Part shown: piece by piece, positions 35,843 to 42,951 of the stretch
Position numbering within the stretch: the first letter of the stretch is position 1
How the letters are laid out: every line of letters starts with the position of its first letter
Source of the DNA: a virus
Lineage: Duplodnaviria > Caudoviricetes
IMG/VR virus record: IMGVR_UViG_3300031951_000213
Location: 1 to 54,403 of that record
Direction: 5' to 3' (one strand)
DNA: 54,403 bases
Notes under the pieces: model-generated
The model's database searches: none
What the model was told of the DNA's origin: nothing
What the model saw: only the letters and a program-made list of their open reading frames with translations
Program-made: the position numbers and the translations under genes

Positions 35843-36097
35843 ATGAAAAAGCTAACGAAAAAAGAACAAATCTGGGTTGATAGAGTGGAGAAGCTATTAA
35901 TGAATCCGCCCTCAAAAAGAATTGGATTGTTTACGATAGGAGATTCCGATCTTCGTGTTTACGACAGAAGCCTTGAAGAAGATATTGATAACCTCATGGA
36001 CAAAAGAGGTATAGATTTTTGCAGCGCAGTTGACGAACTTGATGCTGGATTTGGATTTATTAATGCTGATATGAGCATTCATTCTACATCAGGCTAA
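35843..36097 (+). CDS. hypothetical protein
   Basis: ORF after a promoter. Confidence 0.65.
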   Translation: MKKLTKKEQIWVDRVEKLLMNPPSKRIGLFTIGDSDLRVYDRSLEEDIDNLMDKRGIDFCSAVDELDAGFGFINADMSIHSTSG

Positions 36098-36098
36098 A

Positions 36099-36107
36099 GT
36101 TATTATA
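36099..36107 (+). promoter_or_regulatory. GTTADTATA-class promoter (GTTATTATA)
   Basis: 5 nt before ATG 36113. Confidence 0.55.
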
Positions 36108-36112
36108 GAGGA

Positions 36113-37267
36113 ATGAACCTTCAATCCGTGTACGCAACCGCTCTTGGCGTTATCCCTAAAGAAAAACCAATCCTAAACGAAAAATTCTTCCCCCTCACGG
36201 CGGAAAAGTTCATTCTCATTCACAACGATAACAAGCTGCCCTCGAAATATTACGAGCTTTTCCCCGAAGTTATCTCTCTCCTAAAACCCGTCCTTCACAA
36301 ACTAGGCTATCGAATCTATCAAATTGGCGGCAAAAACGATCCAATCATTGACGGAACAGACGGCCAATTTTTAGGGTTATCATGGGGCCAGACATTTTAT
36401 TTAATGAAGCGAGCGAGTTTGTTCATGGGGATTGATTCCGTGTGCTCCCACATTGCAGCGGCCTATGAAATTCCATCGGTTGTTTTGTTTAGTCACACAT
36501 ATTCTTCTCAGGTGACAACAAACTGGTTGCCCGCCGATAAAAAAATCATTCTAGAGCCTGAATGGGGCAACCGCAAACCCTCCTATCAACCCAACGAGTC
36601 GCCCAAAATGATTCGCACAATTAAGGTTGAGAGGGTTTGTCAAGCAGTTTTCGACCTTCTCTGTAAAGGTGTTCAACTGAACATGAAAACAATTCGTGTC
36701 GGCGAAGATTATTACAATCCCGTAATGGAAATTGTTCCAGACCATTTCCAAGAAAACACCGCTTTAAAAAACGGTTACTTGCATTTCCGAATGGATTTGC
36801 AGCATAACGAACAGTGTTTGTTTCACTGGCTGGCGAACGGCTACAAGGCTCACATTATCGCCAAACAACCCGTAACCCTAGACGGCTTAAAACAGTTTCG
36901 CCCGAACATTGGGCGACTGATTCTAATGGCCAATTCTCTAGAAAGTTTTTCGGCAGAATATCTCAAAGTGGCCAAAAACCTCGGCCTAGACGTATTAATC
37001 TTCTGCGAAAAGAAAGAAATTCTGCCCCAGATGAGAGAAAAGTTCTTCGACTACGTTGTAGAAGAACTAGACTACCCCGAAGAAAAAGAGCTTGACAAAA
37101 TCCCCAAAGACGCTAAATTCTTCACGAAAAAACAAATCATCAGCAACGGCCAAATCTACCCATCAGTGGCTCACTACAAAAGAAACATCCCATTCTCTCG
37201 GGCGAATCAAATTTTAGACAGTCAGGATTTTTGGCTTGACTTTGAGTACTTTTACTTTTACATTTAA
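36113..37267 (+). CDS. GT9 (heptosyltransferase-like) glycosyltransferase with C-terminal extension
   Basis: QIGG, ASLFMGIDSVCSHIAAAYEIPSVVLF. Confidence 0.8.
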   Translation: MNLQSVYATALGVIPKEKPILNEKFFPLTAEKFILIHNDNKLPSKYYELFPEVISLLKPVLHKLGYRIYQIGGKNDPIIDGTDGQFLGLSWGQTFYLMKRASLFMGIDSVCSHIAAAYEIPSVVLFSHTYSSQVTTNWLPADKKIILEPEWGNRKPSYQPNESPKMIRTIKVERVCQAVFDLLCKGVQLNMKTIRVGEDYYNPVMEIVPDHFQENTALKNGYLHFRMDLQHNEQCLFHWLANGYKAHIIAKQPVTLDGLKQFRPNIGRLILMANSLESFSAEYLKVAKNLGLDVLIFCEKKEILPQMREKFFDYVVEELDYPEEKELDKIPKDAKFFTKKQIISNGQIYPSVAHYKRNIPFSRANQILDSQDFWLDFEYFYFYI

Positions 37268-37269
37268 AC

Positions 37270-38058
37270 ATGACAACTGACACAACATCTGCCGCCGAAC
37301 AGCCTGAAACAATCGTTCTTCCTCGAACCTATCCAGAAAATTACCAGAACGGCCCATTCAAACTGAAACGCAACCAGTTTGGGTTGCTTGATAATGTGGA
37401 TTACAAGTTCACGCCAGATGCTTTCGTTGATTGGCGGGCCATGATTAATCCAAAATTCCTCTACCCAAATAAGGGCTGGTTTGAGCGAGCGGGTAAAGAA
37501 GTTCCAACCTCCATCGAAGGATTGGAAGATCATCAACTTCTCTGTAAATTGGGCGGATATAAGGAATTGGCGCGTTTACGCGGGTATTCCAATGTAAATT
37601 ACAAACTAGAATATCTCCCAAATGGAGTTTCGGCTATTTGTTCGATTCATTGGTTGCCTAATTTTGAAACAGATGGCGGTTATGTAAATTTCCAATCAAT
37701 TGCCAATTCCACAAGCGAAAACTGCGGCCCAATGTGTGACCTGTTTAAAGAAACTCAAGCCGAAAATCGGGCGTTTGTTCGCTGCGTTCGCAATTTCTTA
37801 AACATCAACATTGTTGGTGACGATGAAATTTTCAAGGGCAAAAACGCTGTTCACGAAGAACAGGACAACGCCCCAAATGCCTACGATCCGAACTACACTC
37901 TTGAGCAACATGCCAAGAAAAAGTTCAAATCCTTTGACGAATTCAAAAAACATTTCGCGGAACAAAAGTATAAAAAAGTTACTAACGTAACATGGACTAG
38001 CTATAAGGACATTCCCGTAGCTGATTGTCGCAAGTTGATTGAAATTCTCACTGCCTAA
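37270..38058 (+). CDS. hypothetical protein, possible ssDNA-annealing protein
   Basis: LGGYKELARLRG and QAENRAFVRCVR resemble annealase motifs (weak). Confidence 0.5.
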   Translation: MTTDTTSAAEQPETIVLPRTYPENYQNGPFKLKRNQFGLLDNVDYKFTPDAFVDWRAMINPKFLYPNKGWFERAGKEVPTSIEGLEDHQLLCKLGGYKELARLRGYSNVNYKLEYLPNGVSAICSIHWLPNFETDGGYVNFQSIANSTSENCGPMCDLFKETQAENRAFVRCVRNFLNINIVGDDEIFKGKNAVHEEQDNAPNAYDPNYTLEQHAKKKFKSFDEFKKHFAEQKYKKVTNVTWTSYKDIPVADCRKLIEILTA

Positions 38059-38061
38059 AAC

Positions 38062-38325
38062 ATGAAACACTGGAACTTTTTTCCTTGTCTATTGGCACTT
38101 TTGGCCGTTTTTTGGTGGAGATTTGTTGATCTTCGGTTAGAAGAAATAAAAATTGAAGGCACTCGCCCAAAAATCGAAATCCGCTCAATTCAAGACGCGC
38201 CATTTAATTTTGGAGTTCCGCCAATTCCTCAATTAGGTTTGCCGCCCGAAAACACGCCATTTTTTGATCCTCATGCCCCAAACAGTGCGGAAAATGTTAT
38301 CCCTGAAAATAAAACCAAAATTTAA
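38062..38325 (+). CDS. hypothetical protein with N-terminal membrane anchor
   Basis: Hydrophobic N-terminus. Confidence 0.55.
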   Translation: MKHWNFFPCLLALLAVFWWRFVDLRLEEIKIEGTRPKIEIRSIQDAPFNFGVPPIPQLGLPPENTPFFDPHAPNSAENVIPENKTKI

Positions 38326-38327
38326 AA

Positions 38328-38672
38328 ATGCCCACCGACCCAGCTCACCGACAGCCGCCTATCGCCGCTGAAACCACAACCGCCGAACAAACGCCCGCAC
38401 AGCCCGACGCTTGCGGCTGTTCGGTGCAGCGAAATTGTTCTGCCTTGAATTCCACGGACAGCGTTGATGAGGAGGGTTTGAGGCATCTAGCTCCTAAAGG
38501 CGTGAAAAGAATTGCTAATGCTCTGAAAGTGCTATTCGGAAGAAGTATGGCGGTAAGTCTAGTCCCACTGTCACGGGATCAGCTCGAACGACGACTCGTA
38601 AATCTTCATTATGCCCATCGAGAGCGACGAGATACGGTTTTTGAGCGTCTAAAACGATATATTGGTTGGTGA
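38328..38672 (+). CDS. hypothetical protein whose first ~39 codons are an antisense attC site
   Basis: ATG 2 nt after the upstream stop; co-oriented with neighbours; reads through the attC bottom strand. Confidence 0.5.
   Translation: MPTDPAHRQPPIAAETTTAEQTPAQPDACGCSVQRNCSALNSTDSVDEEGLRHLAPKGVKRIANALKVLFGRSMAVSLVPLSRDQLERRLVNLHYAHRERRDTVFERLKRYIGW
38330..38443 (-). mobile_element. attC: integron attC recombination site
   Basis: Minus strand: R'' GCAGAAC, spacer AATTTC, L'' GCT[G]CACC, GA[A]CAGCCGC, variable loop, GCGGCTGTC, L' GGTGAGC, spacer TGGGTC, R' GGTGGGC. Two extrahelical bases at canonical positions; 114 bp. Confidence 0.8.
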
Positions 38673-38829
38673 CGACGATGTTAGAATCGTCCAGAAGAAC
38701 GACAGAACCAATTCTTTTAGTTTCCTCGTTTTCTCTGTAGTAAAGTGGTAGGCGAGTCATAAGATAGGCTAACTTTCTCTTCTATTTCCCCCGCCGAAAA
38801 AATACTGGCGGAGTTGTGGGGGGGGGGTT

Positions 38830-38903
38830 GGCAGAACTCCAGCCCTCCCACCGAGCCTTTGGCGAGGTTGGGTGCGGCAAGTTTCGTGGGAGGCGAGTTA
38901 ATA
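38830..38903. mobile_element. second, degenerate attC-like hairpin
   Basis: GGCAGAAC-TCCAG-CCCTCCCAC...GTGGGAGG-CGA-GTTAATA; AAC/GTT-bounded stem. GGCAGAAC (38830-38837) is the exact complement of GTTCTGCC (38437-38444). Confidence 0.5.
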
Positions 38904-38905
38904 TA
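38897..38905 (+). promoter_or_regulatory. GTTADTATA-class promoter (GTTAATATA)
   Basis: 4 nt before ATG 38910. Confidence 0.55.
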
Positions 38906-38909
38906 ATGC

Positions 38910-39353
38910 ATGGTTAGAAAAATCACTAATCCCGCCGAATACCTAACGCTCCTAGACAATCTTGAAAAGCAGTGGTTTTTTGACAACCAAAATGCGGGGC
39001 ATGTTTTGCCGATTAGCAAAGAAGGTTTAGCAACCCTCGCCAACTCTCAATTACTAACTTGGAATTATCACTGTTGGTCGAATGAAGCATTGGATAGCAT
39101 ATTTTTGGGACAGTCAGGGTTCAATCCGCTGTTCAACCGAACAGCCTTCCAAGAAATGCTTTGGCTATCAAAAACAGGTTACGGCGTGAAATTGTTGAAA
39201 GCGGCGCTTGACTTTGCCAAGTCATATGATACACTAATCATGGGTTCAGTATCGGCCCGAAACAATGACAAACTAAAAAAATTATACCAAAAACTCGGCC
39301 TAAAACAGGACGGCGTTTGTTGGTTAAAACTCCAAAACCCCAAAACACTATGA
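38910..39353 (+). CDS. GNAT-fold acetyltransferase-like protein
   Basis: EMLWLS..GYGVKLLKAA...KLYQKLG. Confidence 0.7.
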   Translation: MVRKITNPAEYLTLLDNLEKQWFFDNQNAGHVLPISKEGLATLANSQLLTWNYHCWSNEALDSIFLGQSGFNPLFNRTAFQEMLWLSKTGYGVKLLKAALDFAKSYDTLIMGSVSARNNDKLKKLYQKLGLKQDGVCWLKLQNPKTL

Positions 39354-39541
39354 CAGAACAACGAAAAAACCAAATCCTCAAATTGGAAGAAGAAAACGGC
39401 GTTTATGGCGTAACTTGCGAATGCTTTGCCTCGATTCTAAAAGAAGATGGCTTTTCCCGCGCCGAAGTTGAGGAATATTATGCCGACGATCCTGAATTTA
39501 TCGAAATGGCAAAACTTGATAGGGTTTTTGACAGAGAATAA
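39350..39541 (+). CDS. hypothetical protein
   Basis: ATGA overlap; start MTEQRK. Confidence 0.6.
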   Translation: MTEQRKNQILKLEEENGVYGVTCECFASILKEDGFSRAEVEEYYADDPEFIEMAKLDRVFDRE

Positions 39542-39542
39542 A

Positions 39543-39737
39543 ATGTGGCCCTTCTCTAAGAAACAGCCAATCTTCCGCGAAATTTCCCGCGAATACCTTG
39601 GATATAAAATGGAGCCATGTATGGGTCGCGGCGGAATGGGAACAGATGTTGACACATTTTCAATTTGGGCCGTTACTCTTGAAGACGTAGAAACGGGCAA
39701 AAGAAAAGTAGAAAAACAATTAAAACTGGAATTCTAA
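39543..39737 (+). CDS. hypothetical protein (resembles 4230-4436)
   Basis: Start MWPFSKK. Confidence 0.65.
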   Translation: MWPFSKKQPIFREISREYLGYKMEPCMGRGGMGTDVDTFSIWAVTLEDVETGKRKVEKQLKLEF

Positions 39738-39738
39738 T

Positions 39739-39903
39739 ATGAACCTAGACTACGAAAAAGTCCTAACCCGCGCCAATCAGTTATACAAAGAAGCAAAGTG
39801 GGAAAAATATCCCCTTTACTATAACGAAGATGATGACTTTGAAATCGAAAGCGATCAGGTCAAGTGTATGCTGAAAGCCTTAATCGAAGAACTAAACAAG
39901 TGA
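39739..39903 (+). CDS. small hypothetical protein (54 aa)
   Basis: Below the track cutoff; MNLDYEKVLTRANQLY...; fills the gap. Confidence 0.6.
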   Translation: MNLDYEKVLTRANQLYKEAKWEKYPLYYNEDDDFEIESDQVKCMLKALIEELNK

Positions 39904-40235
39904 AAACCCTAGACGAACTCCCAACCCTTCTCGATTCCATGATTTCCTCTCAAAAGGAGAAGAAATTAAAAACCTACGTTGCTAAGTATAAAGGCAAAAA
40001 CCTAGTTATGACAAGTGGCAAAAGCTCGTGGAAAGCAATGAATCATGCGAAAGCGGCTGTTTTGAATCATTTTTCATATGAAGAACAAAGATACAAATAT
40101 CCTCCAACAGAAAAATATATTGGAGCAGATGGACGAGAACGCCAAAACTATGACTACTCACAGGCAGAAAAAAGAGAAAAAGAGTTTCGCGCTAAGTTGT
40201 GGGAGCTAGTTGAAATTGTGGAGTTGAAAGACTAA
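39900..40235 (+). CDS. hypothetical protein
   Basis: GTGA overlap start. Confidence 0.65.
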   Translation: MKTLDELPTLLDSMISSQKEKKLKTYVAKYKGKNLVMTSGKSSWKAMNHAKAAVLNHFSYEEQRYKYPPTEKYIGADGRERQNYDYSQAEKREKEFRAKLWELVEIVELKD

Positions 40236-40324
40236 ATAATAAAAACCACACAAACCATCCCCAAAATAACAACTTTCCGCCGAAAATAACGAAAACCCCA
40301 AGAAACGGGCCGAAAATAATAAAA

Positions 40325-41089
40325 ATGCAAGTCCGCCTACTAACAAAAACCATCGGCCTTCACGAATACGAAGGAAAGTCAATCGACGAAATCATCACGG
40401 GCATTGCCCGAATCAGCTCTTCTAGGGAAACGAATGAGCTATTTAATGAACCACACAAACTTCTTAGACATTGCATTAGTAATGGCCATTGGAGCGTTTT
40501 TGGAACATGTAATCTTGGGTTTGAAATCGTGACCAGCAGAGCGATTGGCCGCGAACTTCTCCGACATTGGAGCCTCTCTCCACAGGAATTCTCCCAAAGA
40601 TACAAGGCCGTTTCAGAATTTGAACCTATTGAGATTAGAAAACAGTGCGCGAATAATCGTCAAAGCTCTACGGAAGTTTTTGATCCAAGAGACAATAATA
40701 GGCCGCTTTTAGCGTCAGAAGCTATTGCCTTTAGCTTGAAAATGACAAAAGACCTATATCAAGACTTGCTTCATCAAGGAGTAGCTAAAGAATGCGCCCG
40801 AATGATTCTCCCTGAAACGACTCAAACAACTCTTTATTTTAACGGCAAAATTCGAGATTGGATTACGACGCTTAATCAGCGTCTCCACAAGACGGCCCAA
40901 AAAGAGTGCCGATTGGTAGCAGAAGCGATTCGAGATATTTTTATTCAAGAGTGTCCGATTATCAGTAAAATGCTTTTCAATTTTGAGGATGCATATGATT
41001 GTCACGTTTTGGACAGGGTTCTTCTCGAAAAATACGGCGTTTATCAAATGGTAAAAACAAATGGTTACAAAAAGCTCGCCGCGAGTTAA
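40325..41089 (+). CDS. thyX: FAD-dependent thymidylate synthase
   Basis: ARISS, GHWSVF, RELLRHWSLSPQEFSQRY, NRQSS, KECARMILP, AQKECR. Confidence 0.94.
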   Translation: MQVRLLTKTIGLHEYEGKSIDEIITGIARISSSRETNELFNEPHKLLRHCISNGHWSVFGTCNLGFEIVTSRAIGRELLRHWSLSPQEFSQRYKAVSEFEPIEIRKQCANNRQSSTEVFDPRDNNRPLLASEAIAFSLKMTKDLYQDLLHQGVAKECARMILPETTQTTLYFNGKIRDWITTLNQRLHKTAQKECRLVAEAIRDIFIQECPIISKMLFNFEDAYDCHVLDRVLLEKYGVYQMVKTNGYKKLAAS

Positions 41090-41093
41090 TATA
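41085..41093 (+). promoter_or_regulatory. GTTADTATA-class promoter (GTTAATATA)
   Basis: 4 nt before ATG 41098. Confidence 0.55.
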
Positions 41094-41097
41094 AACC

Positions 41098-41268
41098 ATG
41101 AGAAAAACCGTCGCCAAACAAATCCGCAAACTCGTCAATCCAGAAAACCCCGCTAGTCGCCGCGTTTACCGCCGATTGAAGAAAGCCTATAACACCCTTC
41201 CCCACAACAAGAAGGGTCAATTTTTGAAGATTTTGGGTTTGAGTTTTACGCCGACTAATACTCAGTAA
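41098..41268 (+). CDS. small basic protein (56 aa)
   Basis: Below the track cutoff; MRKTVAKQIRKLVNPENPASRRVYRRLKKAY...; found via the promoter motif. Confidence 0.65.
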   Translation: MRKTVAKQIRKLVNPENPASRRVYRRLKKAYNTLPHNKKGQFLKILGLSFTPTNTQ

Positions 41269-41737
41269 CAGTAACCCAACTTCCCGCTGTAATTGAAACA
41301 GTGTTAGGCCCGCTAGTTTCTTTTGCCGCGAGCAAGTGAAGGGTTGACGCATTATCCCCGTTAACCACAAAAGCGTTAAACAAAATATTTGACACGGAGG
41401 TATCCCCATGATCACTTGTGTTCATCTGGTTGTAACCAGTAACAGCGTAGGTTTTGGGCGATTTTGAGTAATCATTGATTAGCAAATTTCCCCGCGCATA
41501 AACAGCCTGATTCGTGCCGCTAAACCCTATCGAAACCCCTTCCGTGGTAGAAGAGCCAGAATAGTGAAGGTTGTAGTCTATTTGGTATTTTTTACCATTA
41601 TTTAACCCCATAGATAATCCAGAAACAATCGAAGGCGTATTTGTTAATGGAAAGTCGCCAGTCAAATATTGGCTTAAAAATCGACTAGAGTTCGAGAAAT
41701 AAAAGTTATTTTGAGCGATCAAAGAATAGTCCTCCAA
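41255..41737 (-). CDS. putative tail-associated protein
   Basis: Last gene of the tail-tip operon; beta-rich; true start may be TTG 41722. Confidence 0.6.
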   Translation of the reverse strand: MEDYSLIAQNNFYFSNSSRFLSQYLTGDFPLTNTPSIVSGLSMGLNNGKKYQIDYNLHYSGSSTTEGVSIGFSGTNQAVYARGNLLINDYSKSPKTYAVTGYNQMNTSDHGDTSVSNILFNAFVVNGDNASTLHLLAAKETSGPNTVSITAGSWVTVTEY

Positions 41738-42951
41738 AGTTTGTATTGACCGTTAGGGTTTTGTAGTTGAGCCATTAAATAAATATATCCCGTGCCGCGA
41801 GTGTAATCAGAAATTCCAGTTCCTTCGCCCGAAACAAGAATCCTTGTAAAGTTTCCAGTGTCGGAAACGGCGTATTCAGAAACGCTTAATCCAGAATGGC
41901 CCGAAATCCTTGACAAAGTATTGTCTGTAATCAGAATCTCCCTAGATGAGCAGAAACCACTCGCGTCTGTTAATTGGGCCGTGTATTTGATTGTGCGGAA
42001 GGGATAAGTCTCACTTTGAGAAATTGAAGAGCTTAAATTAGGATTATAATACTCACCAGTTCTCATGTTGCCAGAAATGTTAGCCACAACATCCAAGATT
42101 TGATAATCCGATCCAACAATTGTGCCAGTATGAAGAGTATGAATACAATACGCTCCATCCTGTAAAATTACAACAGAACGGCCCGTCAAGTTATTAATCG
42201 GCGGAGACGCTATTTCTCCATTATACATTAATCCGCTTGCATAGCCAGTAAATAAAACGCCCGATCCAAAGTTGTCATACGGCAAAATCTTATAATGGTA
42301 ATAATTACCATCAACTGGTTGCTCGCCCTCATTAATTGTCAAGGTGTAGGCGGTTTTTTGTTCAAAAATGCTAATGCTTTTTAGCAAGTTTGCGCCAGCG
42401 CCAGTTCCCGTTACTACTGAGAAACTAGGAGACGCCCCCGAATAAATTTCAAATTTAGAAACATCATAATAATCTGCGCCGCTCATATACAAGCTAATAT
42501 CAATCTTGCCAGTTTGTCTGTTTGGGCCGCTTGTTCCATCCAAAACGCCTGAAAATCCGCTGACAACGGCAGCGTTGTGATAAATTGTGTATCTCCCGCT
42601 AGACATTGAAGTGGGCGATTGCTCTCTCAATTTAAACGTTAAACGATAAGCTCTTTGAGGATCACCGCTGAATGCTTGAATGTTTTTCTCTTTTGAGAAA
42701 ACATAAGTTGGACCGATTAATCCCGTTTCAAAATTCGCCCCGCTTGGAGCAAAAGAGCCGTTAGTGTATCGAACGTCAACATCAAACGTAAGATTATTCT
42801 GTCCACCATATTGAGAACGAGTGTTAACGGTTTGATTATACTTGTCAAGGGCTGAAATTGTTAGTGTAGCGTCTTCTGGAATACAAATGCCGCTTCCTTC
42901 GCCAACTGCTGGTGGAGTTGCCTTGTTATAAATTTGTTGGAAAGTGTACAT
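41719..42951 (-). CDS. putative tail/baseplate protein (FN3-like)
   Basis: Follows the J gene; YYHYKILPYDNFGSG. Confidence 0.65.
   Translation of the reverse strand: MYTFQQIYNKATPPAVGEGSGICIPEDATLTISALDKYNQTVNTRSQYGGQNNLTFDVDVRYTNGSFAPSGANFETGLIGPTYVFSKEKNIQAFSGDPQRAYRLTFKLREQSPTSMSSGRYTIYHNAAVVSGFSGVLDGTSGPNRQTGKIDISLYMSGADYYDVSKFEIYSGASPSFSVVTGTGAGANLLKSISIFEQKTAYTLTINEGEQPVDGNYYHYKILPYDNFGSGVLFTGYASGLMYNGEIASPPINNLTGRSVVILQDGAYCIHTLHTGTIVGSDYQILDVVANISGNMRTGEYYNPNLSSSISQSETYPFRTIKYTAQLTDASGFCSSREILITDNTLSRISGHSGLSVSEYAVSDTGNFTRILVSGEGTGISDYTRGTGYIYLMAQLQNPNGQYKLWRTIL

Noticed and set aside
38515-38760. Minus-strand 81 aa ORF as the cassette gene
   Set aside because: It overlaps the plus ORF in antisense, stops 70 nt short of attC and has no recognisable motif. 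Not excluded, but not supported.
40255-40320. Three CC(G/C)AAAATAA-like words upstream of thyX
   Set aside because: Irregular spacing in A-rich low-complexity DNA, using words common throughout this genome.
41719-41737. Programmed frameshift joining 41719-42951 and 41255-41737
   Set aside because: No slippery heptamer; a TTGA start/stop overlap, also used at 18343-18346, explains the junction.
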